Notes: generated by a model not told the origin, from the letters alone. Numbered from the stretch's first letter, positions 12,017 to 23,740 are shown. The stretch: DNA of 64,000 bases from Raillietiella orientalis (GCA_036172245.1 JAYWIR010000005.1:3906001-3970000), one strand, 5' to 3'. Numbers and translations are program-made.

Positions 12017-15000
12017 AAGGGAAGGGATCTCTGCTTTTCACCACGTGTTGTTGCTGTTGTCTGCCCGTTTATTGATGCAGCGGTATATCTGATTATCGAC
12101 AGGACTTTCCGCCTCCGTTCGCAGGACCCCTCCACGTGGTAGCGAAGGCGGTCTCCCCCGGTACTGCGGAAGCGCGAAAAAGTGGCGGGCGTGACGTGGA
12201 TGGGCCGAGGATAAAGCTCGGCGAGTCGTTAGCAACGCTTTTTAGGTGCTGTTGCATTATGGGGGGACCGGTGACGAATTTGGCTGGTGCCCCTGAACAC
12301 GCTTGGCGTCAGGCGTGACCCCCAAAGGTGAAACGGGAAAAACGCACAGCGCCCTATCGGAAAAACGAATCCCGGGATGCAACGCGTGTCTGGGCACATC
12401 GAAAAGTGCGCACCGCGAAGAACGTTTTTGGGGGTGTTCACGGTGTGTTCCGTTCTGCGAGGAACAGGCGCTTGTTTCCAGGAGAGCAGGAGGAAAAGAG
12501 CGGGGAAGGATTCGTGTGAATCTCCCTAGTGGGACTTCGTCGTGTTGATCACGAGTGGCGTGGATCTTTCCCTCTCTCTCGCCCGCGCGCGCAGCGTGAC
12601 GTCACACTCACAAACCTTATCTCGCGGCGACCTCCGCCGTCCCGCTAGAAGTCCTTGGTCGGAAAACAAAAGGGTGGGACCTTTCCTGTTGCGATTGCGT
12701 CCGCGCGCTTGTTTGTCTCGGGAAAGGATCCGTTCATAGGAGCCAGGACCACCCCATCGCTTTCCCCGCTGCTGCAGAGGCTGGAAGAAGTCTCTCCAAG
12801 TGTGCAGAGATCGCGCTCTCGGGAGTTCAGCAGGCGTGGCGCTCGCCGGCTGGCCGGTGGCTTCGACGTACGTCGGATCAAACGCATCCTCGCCTCGTGA
12901 CGCAGCAGCAAGCAGCTCGGGCAGCCTGCGTCTGGGAATTCAAGCTGCCGTCTAACCACACTCCGGTCTGGCGGGTCGTCGATTTGTCGGACCGCCGGTG
13001 TTGACAGGGGATCGTTCGAGAGAACCCCATAAGTCGGAGTGTCTGTCTGTGGGCTGCGCAGTCTCTTTCCTGTTTGACTCCCTGTGCTCTTTGCTTGCTA
13101 CTTGGACTACGTCGCAGCGCGCGTCCACCCATCTTTTCTCGGGGGCCGCGTTCCTCCACACCGCTTCCGCCAATTTCATTCGGTTTCACTCTGGGAAACC
13201 CTTTCCAGTCTCAGCAAAGGGGAAACTTCTTCGCCGTTTCTTCTTTGCCCCCAGGTCTGTTGCCCCGGAGCGAGAGCAATTCATCTTGACACCCCAGGAG
13301 CCGCCCACGTTTGCGGAGCAACGGGGACTTCAGCCTCCGGGTCCTCCTTTGGTTGAGGCAGGCTATCCCCTCGTGTCTTCTTTTGTCTGGGAGTCGACCA
13401 TTCTCCTTTCGCAGAACCCAGGCTTGCGGAGCACTTGGTGCCCCCGAAAATCTTCCTTGTCCCCGAGCGATCGGCTGGATGCACGCGATCGCTCGCATCC
13501 ACGAAATGTCGACCCCTTGCGTCCCGAGAGTGTTTGCTGCGTATTCGTCGATGTGCTGGCGAGAACTGTCGTGGGTTCCATTTTGTGTACGTGTGTTTGC
13601 TCTTCGCTTTCCTCACCTCTCTTGCTTGGCGACGACATCTGGGAGCGTCGCTCATCCGTCATGTGGCGCAAACTGTTAATCGTAACCTCATGTGCGCGAA
13701 AGGTACGGAGCGTCCTCGCTCCAGCGTGGACGGGCATTGGGTGTGGTTCGCTCGTTCCGCAGTCACTAGCCGGAAACTCGATATTCGCCGAAAGTTCTAG
13801 AAAACGTGAGTTCCCCGATGGCAGCTTGGGTGTTCCTTCGCATCCGACGCGCACCCGTGCTTGCGTCCGGAGCGCGATCCAGTCTGCATCAAGGCGTAGG
13901 ATCTGGCATCCGGAAAAGGTCGTCATCGTTACCCTGACCACCATTATTTCCCCACCGTTTTTGGAGCATGAGGCTGGTAACGGGCGCGCGAGCATCCCTG
14001 CTTGTTCCCAGCCTCGCTTGCGCCTTGCGACGAAAGTGAAGAAGGAGAGCGCTTTTTCCTGCGCTCGCTTTGCCCGCATGGTGCCATCCCGGCGCCGTCC
14101 TTGCTTCCGCTGCGCCGTAGTCTCTCTCTTGCTTGCTTCTCTCTCGCCGACTTTGGCTCGGCGTGAATTCTCAAAGAGGATCACCGACGGAATCCGCCGC
14201 ACGGTTCGCAGAGAGAAAATGGAGGATAGAAACAGCTCGATGCTACGGATGGAGGGAAGATTTAGTGGGTGTCCGAGGTTTCTCCACGTATGGCCTGAGA
14301 TCGGTAGCGAAGCGCAGCCTGATCGCGTTCACCTGGCAGCGTATCCCGAAACAGAATGGACGCGGGCCGAGCTTCATTGCACAAAGCTCGTGCGGGTCGA
14401 AATGGATGTGTGCGTTTCGCCGACACACGATGCATCGACCTTGGCACGTTCTGACCGCGGCAGTGCGTGTGGTGGTGGTGTCTTCAGCGTGAGGTCGAGT
14501 CTAGGACGGCAAGGAATTCTTGGGTGCAACCGTGTTCCGCCTATGCCTCAGCCTCTCGATTCGTATCCGGAAAGGGTATCCAAAAATAGTCTCTGAAAGT
14601 TATTTCCATTGGGCTCGTGGAATAACTACGAAGTTCTATAACATTGCAAGCGAACGATTGGCGTGGCGTCATCTGTCAGCATCCTTGTGGTTCTGCAACA
14701 AAGTTGGGCTTTTCCAACCTCGAAAACGGAATGGGATTATGAACGATTCCTTCGTTTCTTCTTCTTCTTCTCTTTTTGTTGTTGTGGTGGGGGTGGTGGC
14801 GGCGGCGGTGGTGGTTGTCGATTCAGGAAAACTTTCGTTCTCAGTCCTCGGACCGAGAACGGAAACGGAATGGCTCGAGCAAAGCGTGAGGTCAACACCA
14901 ATCAGGCATTCTTCGGAATAAACTGTTGTTATGGCCAATCAGGCTTTCCTCCATATCGGCAACATTCCGTGAAATTAATAAGCCTTTTATTCCCAAAACG

Positions 15001-18000
15001 AGGATGCACTGTGTCGGAGGCTCATCATGCGTTCAAAGGCGGTTGCCATGCCGAGAAGTCTTCGTGCTCCTTCGGTTGTAATTTGGAGGTTCGCATCGTA
15101 GCCGTTTTGCGTTTTCGCGTTCCACGCGACCCTTGGGTGCGTGTGGGATACTGGAGGAAGATGAGACCGTGGTTTTGTCTTTTGGTCCAGCTGGTTTTTT
15201 ATCTGGCTGTGCCGTGTATGCTAGGGTTAGCGAATTATAATGATGAAGAGGAGAGGCCGTAACGACTGGTACTCAATGCGCATTTTGTATCGATTCCCCG
15301 TAATGATCCCCTGAAGTATCCAGACCTTCAGCTGCTCCGTGCGGTCTGCAGGTAATGGACTCTTAACCAAGCATCAGAAGAAAACGGTAAATCATTGTAA
15401 CAGTCAATTTCGTGGGTTCGAACCGGAGGCCTTTCTGTATCCCTTGTTCCCTTGTTTAGACGGAAGGAATCGATATTCGGTAAATCAAGTGCGACGCAAG
15501 CGTTCTCTTAGCGTGTCACGTGTTCGGCTCAAGGAAGCCGAAGATGCAGGCGAAAGCGCGCATTCCGCGCAGAAGCATCCACGTCTGCGGATGATCGCTG
15601 CTTCGCTCAGTGTTTATGAGATGCACGGAATCAACGGATTCGGTCGTTTGCACGGAAAGCGTCAAAAAAAAAAAAAAAAAAAAAACGCGCGCGCGCGCGC
15701 CTGGCACGGTGTGCGTCATGTACGGTGAGGAACAGTCAATAGGTGTCGCACTTGCGCACTTGGCCGGCAGTGGCCAACATGGAGGACGTGGACTCAAACC
15801 AGAAGTCGCCGCAGATCACTTAGCCAAGAGTGCTCTCTCCTCTCGCGAAGGAAATGCATCTTCGGAGCAACCTGGCAGGGTCTCAGACAAAAGAGACGTG
15901 GTGTGACCGAGGGTTCGAAGCAGCATCCCTTCGTCGTCAGGCGGGGGGAACCAGGAGCGGAACCGCGTGCGCTTCATGGAGGCCGGCAGGGGCGCGCGGG
16001 TCCGCTCGATTCGGGAATGGCCGTCTCCAGCTCCAATGGGCGCCTCTCCGAAGATCCAGGCCCCTCCTCACTCTCTCCTCGCTTGCCCGTCGCCGACGCC
16101 GTCGCGAGACCGCGTTTCCAGGTTACGTCAGGAATCGCCAGATTCCCATGATTTACGTTGTTTCGCGATTCTTGATTCCTCAAACGCCCGCAGAAGAGGG
16201 AGGGATCCCTTCGTGCTGATAAGACCTGCGGTGGCCAGCCCTTTTGCACGCGCATCACGTATGCAGAGGGGGAGAGGATTTTTGACAGATTCCGCAGATT
16301 TGCCGTAAACCGTTGTTGATTTAGACAGATGTTTCGGCAGGCCTTGCTCGAAAAGTGGGGCTCAGGGCGCAGCGCCGGCCAGAGGGAATCCGGCCGAAGA
16401 AGACACGGTCGTCGCGAACGTGAGCAGCTTCGTTCTCCCACGCGGATACTGGTCGTGGGGAGAGGGGGGGGGAAGAGCGCTTATGGCGCACTGTTACGCG
16501 CTCTCGCTGGAGCGGGCACAGCCCGTGCTCCGTGCCTCGGGCGGTCCGTATTCCCGTTCTTGTTGATGGTGGAGTCGTCTGCGGGGCCCGCCGCCCCGGA
16601 ATCCATCGAACGATGTCCTTTCATAGCTCAATCACGCCTAATGTCTTCGCTCTGCCCTCGCGTTCACGTCGGCTTGCAGAAGCGTGTGGCGTGCGCCCTC
16701 CGCCTCGAGCCGTAGCCATTGAATTCTTCCAGCCTTCGATGGGGAATTTCCCCCGCGCCGTAGCTTCCGTTCCACGTCTAATGGGAGGCCTGTCCTTTCT
16801 GGACTGTTGCGCCGTTGGCCAGCTCCGGGTCTTGTTTCCGTGCATTCGGTGGGCGAGCTGGGGACGGCGCCCGAGTAAGGGCAGAAGGGCGACGACGCAC
16901 CACGTAATGGCATCCAAATCCATTCTTCGGGAAAATGCAGATGCAACCAGTTGGAAAAGACGACAAAATGTGCCGCTTTTCCTTTGAGAGCAGCATTTGT
17001 TTGAGGATCCCCCACAGTCGGCGCCGGTGGTTAATTGAAAAGAAGTTCGGCAGTGGCGAGCGATTCGTTGCATGTTCCTCCCCCCCCCCCCATACAGTGC
17101 TCCGGCCTTCTTTCTTTGAGGTCGTTTGGTATGTGCACGTAACTACTGTTGGCGTGTTCTTCGCGTAGGCGGACCAGCATTGAGCACTTATATGTCAGTC
17201 GTCGAAGTGCTTGGGGTCCGTGTTGGTGACTGGAGTCCTGACGTCAATCTTGTCCCATCGTTACCTTTTGATCCTAAGCTTCAAAAGCAAAGAATGCCGC
17301 AGTGGCGACGTTACGAATGAAACGGCGGCCTCTCACCAAACCGATCTTTGCTAAATGAAAGCCATCTGAACGGTTCTCCTTAAGAAGATCGTGTCCTCAT
17401 GTTTTTCCGCCTTTCCATGCTCCTTCGTTGCTGAATTGGGTTCTCGAGTCGGTGCATTTTGATTACCCTAAAACAGCGTTCTCCGGTAATCAGGGAACTA
17501 GACTGTGAGGAGGGAGGAATCTTTAGGGATTATTAGCCAACTGGCTCCAGTGTGGGTTTTCGCAGTTTTGAATCTATTCGTGTGCATTGCCATCGCGTGA
17601 ACCATTCTGTTTTTTGAAAAAAATGGCGCGGCCGTTGGCACTCCATGTTTGCATTGTTGCGTAGCCGAGGGAAGTAGCGTTCGCTCCCGCGAGGTAGCTC
17701 TGCCGGTCTCGCAGGTCGCGCGCCCGTGGACATCTCGGGGAACGGTTGGCGGAGTTTTGCTTGCATCGGAAAGAAAAAGGGCGGACCGCCTCGTCCGACC
17801 GTTTCTTTCTTGGGCCTCTCATCCGAACATTTAATGCTGAAACCGAAGGAGGCTTGCGTGTGGAAATTATGTCGAATTTGACTCGGCGTCATTTCAAGGG
17901 ACGCGCCAAAGAAACTGGGCAGCAGCTTCTTTGGATGGGCAGCATCCGTCGTACTGATTAATCGACTAAAAATTAATAGCCATTTGCATGTACCACGTCT

Positions 18001-19385
18001 TCATCACCCGGGACTCTTCCCGACGGCTATGGGTTGCTGCATCGTTATTTTCGGCTTCCTGTTGAGGCTGTGCTTCCTGTACGGTCCACGTTATGGATGA
18101 GGTCTGTTATTATGTTCGCGCATTCAGCCACACCAGACGATCGTTCCGAAACACAAAGTTCAGCGTAATGTGTTCCAGTCGTGATGAAGAATCTCTTTGC
18201 GGCGTTTTCCTTGACCCAGTTTGAAGATGTGTCTGTGGATCGTTCGCGCTTCCGTAGCATACAGGCACTAGCCGTGTGTTCTCCGACGCCGTCGACATTG
18301 CCCGGTTGTTGCGCCGTTTGATGATTTGGGGGGGGGGGGGGGGGAGGCTTTGGTGCACTCCTGTGTCGGAAGGCGAGGAGGTGCTCTGTCCTGCTCCCCA
18401 GACCAACCAGGGCGCACACGTCACGCACTTCTTGTGTCGCTCCCAGATGGCGCGGCAGCGGGTGCTCCGCTTCATGCGGTGACCTCAGCAGAGTTGCACT
18501 TGTGTGATCTTGCCTGTTCTTGCGTTTCAGGAGTGGGTATTGTTCTTATCACCGTCAGCGGCATCGCGTGGCGGCTGACATCACAAGATGCTCCCTCATG
18601 CCGGATGATGCTGGGCTTCGGAAGAGCGGAAAACGATGTGGATTCTGGCCGGAGGTATCTTCCTCGTATCTCTACGTATGGCCGTCCACATCACCCGTAT
18701 CCTCGTAAGCCGGAAGCCTCCCCTTGTTCGGCGCGCTTGTTCGAACTGGGGTTTCCGTAGCCATGATGTACCCCGAATTTCACTGTCGTCCGCCTCCTCC
18801 ATCGTACCAGGCATCAATGCAGGAATACAGACTTCGACTCCTGCTTCTAGATCGGCAACATCCCACTGCCTCCCCTAGTGCCATTCCAATCCCGCCGCCG
18901 TTTTACCGTGCTCAGACGGGACCCAGGTAACCTCGGGAAAACTTGAGAGCAAGCGGTGACACCACCGCCGACTCTTGCAGGTCTGGAATTCTGACCGTCT
19001 CGCGAGAAAGTGAACCTCCCAGCTACCGGTCGAGGATCAGTCCATCCAATCCTGTTCCGTCCGCAGTAAGTACGCGCGTCCTTTATTGGCCACTTATTGT
19101 TTGTCCCAGGACGCAATTTTTGGTGGTGTCTCGTCTTCGCTTGTCAACCAGGAGACCCCGGTTCCCGCTCAAGAAGCACCTGCTTCAGATGCTCTTGCCG
19201 ACAAAAAGCTCACTGTCGTGACGCAAGACATTCCAAAGGGAAGCAGAGACAAAGATGACAATTTGGTCACCATCGTTCAGACCACCAACATGAGTCAGGT
19301 GATAGGACAGGATTCGGTCATCGTCACCATCAGAGGAAGCGTGGATACTCAAACTAGGGAAGTGGATGTGCTGGCGCAGATTTAG
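4793..19385 (+). CDS. Spliced gene (5' incomplete) for an uncharacterised two-TM membrane protein with three PPxY motifs; join(4793..4995,18531..18704,18761..18926,18981..19065,19110..19385), about 300 aa visible
   Basis: All junctions are GT-AG with compatible phases (1,1,2,0) and give one continuous frame: RGSTRQPCVREDEPKSCCGMVVTQTVSIRWFIVMIAFVGLCCAVVGTILGALKATGREHLWSSLLMTGVGIVLITVSGIAWRLTSQDAPSCRMMLG...HHPYPPMMYPEFHCRPPPPSYQASMQEYRLRLLLLDR...EPPSYR...EVDVLAQI*. TM2 is only complete after splicing across the 13.5 kb intron. AATAAA follows the stop. From memory it resembles a conserved uncharacterised arthropod protein; not verified by search. Confidence 0.88.
8354..8413. repeat. Compound (TATGTG)n/(TA)n microsatellite
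   Basis: Directly visible. Confidence 0.92.
9042..9075. repeat. Interrupted (AG)n microsatellite
   Basis: Directly visible. Confidence 0.85.
11645..12016. repeat. Degenerate AAT/AGT/GAT trinucleotide simple sequence ending in a pure (GAT)n run at 11982-12016
   Basis: AT-rich island with 3-nt periodicity inside a GC-rich intron. Confidence 0.8.
18531..18704 (+). CDS. Exon B of the two-TM PPxY gene (end of TM2, juxtamembrane tail)
   Basis: Acceptor ttcttgcgtttcAG|GA, donor CCTC|GTAAGC; encodes GVGIVLITVSGIAWRLTSQDAPSC...GRPHHPYP. Confidence 0.88.
18761..18926 (+). CDS. Exon C of the two-TM PPxY gene (PPSY and PPFY motifs)
   Basis: Acceptor tttccgtAG|CC, donor CCCAG|GTAACC; encodes MMYPEFHCRPPPPSYQASMQEYRLRLLLLDR...PPPFYR. 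Confidence 0.88.
18981..19065 (+). CDS. Exon D of the two-TM PPxY gene (third PPSY)
   Basis: Acceptor ctcttgcAG|G, donor GCA|GTAAGT; encodes SGILTVSRESEPPSYRSRISPSNPVPSA. Confidence 0.82.
19110..19385 (+). CDS. Terminal coding exon E of the two-TM PPxY gene
   Basis: Acceptor ttgtttgtcccAG|GAC; open to TAG at 19383-19385; ends LVTIVQT...EVDVLAQI. Confidence 0.82.
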   Translation, partial: DAIFGGVSSSLVNQETPVPAQEAPASDALADKKLTVVTQDIPKGSRDKDDNLVTIVQTTNMSQVIGQDSVIVTIRGSVDTQTREVDVLAQI

Positions 19386-19433
19386 GCCGCCTCGGGCCTA
19401 CGGTCTGCATCCCCCAAGCTGTGATATTCTTTT

Positions 19434-19439
19434 AATAAA
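19434..19439 (+). terminator. Candidate polyadenylation signal AATAAA for the PPxY gene (alternative at 20048-20053)
   Basis: AATAAA about 50 nt downstream of the stop codon. Confidence 0.5.
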
Positions 19440-20099
19440 TTACATTCTACTGAGCCACGAGACGCTTTCGGGTCGGGACAACCGCATTGGGTCCTGGAAG
19501 ATGAGGAGCAGCACGCCCACCTCTCAGCTTCGCGTTTTTCTTTTTTCTTTTTTTTCCAAGAAGCCCGCAGCCTCCTCGTGCGCACCGGGAGGAGTCGGCG
19601 AAAGCGCATGCGGTCACACCGTTGATCCGTGAGGTCTCCTTGCCAGACACACAGGATGGCACGCACGCGGGGGCCGCACGTGTTCGCGCGGTGCACGCTG
19701 GTTCCATGGAAGCGGCACGTTCTGTGGGGTGGGCGTCATCGGAAGAGGGCCGGCAGCCTTTTTCTTGCTGCAAACCCGCGTTGTCTGTCCAAAACGAAGC
19801 TGTTTCTTTTCTTCTTTTCGTTTTTTTTTTTTTTTTGGCTTTGAAAAGCAAAAAAAAAGTCGTGCCAGGTGCTCGGATTCAAAGAGGAAAGTGCCACTCG
19901 GAGCACGCGGAAGCAGGAGGGAGAGCAGCTGCAGCGCCGGAAAGGGATTGGTCTGAACACGTGCCTTTTTTTTTCGAAAAAGCCGGGAACGGAGGGAAAA
20001 CGCCGCTCTTGATTCTCACCCGGGTACGCCGGGGCGTTCATTCATAAAATAAACACGATTTCTGTAGTTCGACCATCTGAAAAGCACGGGGGTCCAACC

Positions 20100-20990
20100 C
20101 CGTCCTTTTCAGATCTAACTTGCCGCGTTTCCGGTTCGAAGACCAGTGAGGTTCACCACGGCAGAAGGGAAGGGGAGCAAATAAAAAGAAAACTAAAACA
20201 ATTTGGAGTGTCGGGCGGGGGGGGAGGGATCACTGCTGGGGGCGGTACTCTACATCCTTTGTCGGATTCTGGCAAGGTCTTGCTGGGTATGGCTGTCCAA
20301 GTGGGGCCATCTCGTTGCCATCCTCATGAAACGGATAGCAGAGTGAATGTGGCATCCCTGTCGCTGTACCATCCTCTTGTGTCGCTCCATGCAGCGACGA
20401 TCCCACGTAGGCAGCACAGGGTTGCTGGCTGAAGGGCATCCTGAACGAAGAGGAGTTAGATAGCGTCTCTGGAGTTGCCTCCAGGGATTCCTAGGATTGC
20501 GGCAAAGCGCTTCTAGAGGAGCGATCATTCCACTAGCAAGTGCGGGAGGGGATCACGCTCCCCGCACCTGCCCAGTTGGAGGTCCACACACCCGTGTCCA
20601 GTGATGTCGGCGGGCGTTGCACGGAATGCCCCAGTGCAGCAGCATCCAAATCGACTCCTGCCTCTTCAATGGCAGGGTTCGTCTATCCAAAAGCACTGGG
20701 GGTCACTAGATTTTCCTGCAGAATATCTAGTAGCTCGTCCGAGCGCAGCAGTTCTCGTGAGGAAAGGGGGGCGCACTTGCAGCTTCCTTGAACTGGCCCA
20801 ACGTCCTTCTCCCGGTCCTTTCTTCCTTCCGGAGATGTTCACATTAGCCTCCCATCTAGCAGCCAGGCTGCAGCTCGTGTGTTCCCTGAGGGGGGGGGGG
20901 CAGCGAAGGAGGTTCTTTCTGCCCACGCGCTTTTAATGGGATCTTCCAGGATCTCCCGGAGCGAGCAGTTGTAAAAACAGTGCAGCAAGC
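20100..20990 (-). mobile_element. 5'-truncated L1/Tx1-like LINE fragment
   Basis: Reverse strand reads RNPRNPWRQLQRRYLTPL...LPTWDRRCMERHKR and is homologous to the + copy at 21000-21600. Confidence 0.7.
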
Positions 20991-20999
20991 GCTGCGCCT

Positions 21000-21600
21000 G
21001 TTCCGGGAATGGCTGGTTGTGCTTCGCCCAAGTGTGCACTGGGGTCTCCCGTGCAGTGCCCACCCCCTCATCATTGGACACGGGGTGGGACGAGCCGAAC
21101 TGTGCCTCAGGTACTGGTGTCCCTCCCGCACCTGCTTGTGGCACCTGTGTTGCCCCCCGTCCCCTTTGGGAGCGCTATGCCGCGACCCTAGGAACCCCCC
21201 GGCGGCAGCTCCAGGAACGCTATCAAACCCCTCTTCGTTTGCGACGCCCTTCAGCCAGCAGCTCTGTGCTGCCTACGCGGGATCGTCGCTTCATGGAGCG
21301 ACGCAAGAGGAGGACCGAGCGACAGGAGTACCACATCCACTTTGCCGCCCCTTTCCTGAGGATGGCAGCAAGATGGCTCCACCTGGATAATATGCGCGGA
21401 GACTTTGCCACTCCCTCGAAAGGATGCAGAGGACCGCCTCCTGAAGGACGTGACCCCTTCTTCTGCAACCTCCCAAGGTTTTTTTGTGTATTCCTGTTTT
21501 GTTTTCTTCCTGTTCGTCCCCTTCCCTCTGCTACTCAGGCGAACCCCACCGGTCTGCGTACTGGCAACCTTGAGGGGTCCGATCAAAGAGGACGTGGTTG
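21000..21600 (+). mobile_element. 5'-truncated L1/Tx1-like LINE fragment
   Basis: ALGSPVQCPPPHHWTRG / DEPNCASG zf-RVT-like remnant, then LPTRDRRFMERRKR and a T-rich 3' UTR. Confidence 0.7.
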
Positions 21601-22571
21601 GACCACCGATCCAACCACAAAACCACACGGAAACGTTCGTTTTCATTGGAGAGACCGCCCCGACGCACCCAAGCGGGAAGTTCGGGGCGGGCGCGTGAGT
21701 CCCGGGCGGTGTCAATCCCTGCAGCGGGCGCGTCCCGTGGCGCGCGACGCATCGGTTCCGCCACCCTCTGAGACGGCCTGCAGGGGCGACGACCGGCGGC
21801 GGACCCGCCTCCCCGATCCTGTGCCTTCCGCGAAAATCGACGCGCCAGCTGCTGCAGTGGAAAGGAAGCCCGCAGGCGCACGATCTCCGAAGCGTCCTCC
21901 CGGAGAGAGGAGAGCCTCTGGGTCAAGGGGGATGCCCCGCGGCATTTCCCGACGGGAATCCGGAGGCCGATCCGCGCAGATGACGGCGGCGATGCCGGAT
22001 CTCCCAGATCGGCGGCTTCGCCGGCGGTTCCCCAGGGAACACGCGCGTGCTCACGGACGCGATCGCCGCCGCTCCCTCGGCGCCGAGGGCGGGCAGCCCG
22101 AAGCCGTCCTTCAGACGGTGGTTGGCGCAAGCGATTCGGAGGCTCGCCGGTCCGCGGCGCCGTCCGGACGTGACCCTTCCGAGCTGCGCACGCGTCGTTG
22201 ACCGGCAGGCCACACAATCTTCCTGAGAATCGCTGCAGAGGGCGGTGGCGACCCACTCCCAGAAGGCCCTTGCCTTCCCAGAGTGGATCGAACAAGCCGA
22301 ACGTCTACCGCCTACGATCGGCGCGCCGGGTATGAACGGGGGTCGCGCGCCGGACACCGTCCCAGGAATCGCGCGAAGCATCAGAAATGCACGCTCCGGA
22401 GGACGGGCGCGCCTTCCGTCGTCACTCCTCAACGAAAGGGGAGTGCAAGATCATAGATCCTGGAAACCCCTTAGGGTTCTCCTTATCGCGCTGTTTTGTT
22501 TTCACCTTTTTTTATGGTTTCTAAGGAGCGCCTGAGAGCTGCCGTCCGCCTCCTTGGGGGGAGCTTGCAAA

Positions 22572-23740
22572 CGAACGCGCGCCCGCTCGAGACTTGCGGA
22601 ATCCACGGCAGCAGCTGAGATCTCCGCGCGCTCCTTCCCCGAGATCCTTCTGCTCTCGCGGATGCATCCTCGGGAAGTGACTCTTCGGTCCAGCGCCACT
22701 CTCGCCGCGTCCGAAACGCTTCGTGCGAAGACGGCAGCGCGCTTTGGTCCCTGCGTGCGGAGGAGGGAGGTTGCTGGGTGGCATGGGAACCCGCTGCCAC
22801 GCACGTTGCCGACCACGTTCGGGAGGCGCGCACGAAGGGCTTCGTCACCTCGCTCCCATCGCAGCGGCGGCGCGGGCGGCTCCTCGCTGCTACGAGAAGG
22901 CGCGCCTCGTGGCAGGAGGGTTGGTCAAACGGCACGTGCTGCCCCTTCCCCCCCTCGCGTAACCAGCCCGGACATCGCCGCCAACGACGTCGAACGGGCC
23001 AATTCGTCGAGGAAAGGTGTCTGCGGGGGGCAGAAACGGACGTCGTGAGGCGGCGCTCCTCTGCCGGTGCGGGGAAGGGGAAACCCTGACGCTCCCGCCT
23101 TGCGGGGGAGCCGCCCTCCGGTGCACGGAAGAGCCGCCCGCTTCCTTGGGGAGGGCTCGCGGGGGCCTTCAGGTCAGAGGTGGGGGGGGAGCGACCACGG
23201 AGGGGCCACCCTGCGAATCCAGGAAGGCTCCTCAGGAAGAAGACTCCGTCCTTCTCAGGCTTGGTAGAGGGTACCCTCGCCCTGATTGCCTCCGGAGGGA
23301 AGAGGGACCGCTCCTAGAATTTCTTCCCCGGAGGGCACCAACCACTCGCAAGGGAGCCGTTCCCTGCTTTGCACCCCCTCCGAGGGAAGAACCCCTAAGG
23401 AACGCTTCCCAATTTTCCCTGAAGAGCGCTTCCCGACGGGAGCAGCGCGCTTCTTGAACTCTCTGAACGGGAAACCCCCCGAGGGGGCGGAATCCATAGC
23501 CCAATTTTCACCACCGAAGGGGAACGACCCCGAAAGGCTCCTTGGCATCCTGGGAGACACGCCGGATAGTCGAGTTTCGATCCTGTCCACTCACCGGAGG
23601 CTTCTGGCTTCCACAGGTGCCTGAGGCTAACCAGCGACATCTTTCGGGGGGTGGAATGGGAGACTCGAAGTCCACAACGGACCCCCCGTTCTCGACATCG
23701 TTGCTTCTCCACGTGGGGACTCGAACCCGCAACGCTGGGT
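22572..23740 (+). repeat. Repeat B copy 1 (about 1.17 kb; probable decayed LINE ORF2 piece), inverted near-identical copy at 42816-43984
   Basis: Identical ORF translations at 23017-23457(+)/43099-43539(-) and 23286-23624(+)/42932-43270(-); position x maps to about 66556-x. Ends in TSLLLHVGTRTR, similar to the LLH motif preceding zf-RVT. Confidence 0.9.

Noticed and set aside
23705..23740. tRNA B-box-like GGGTTCGAGTCCC on the minus strand (similar at about 41432 and 42826), suggesting a tRNA or SINE head
   Set aside because: No A box or cloverleaf; on the opposite strand all three read as the LINE-like LHVG(T/V)R(T/A)R segment, so the match is probably incidental.
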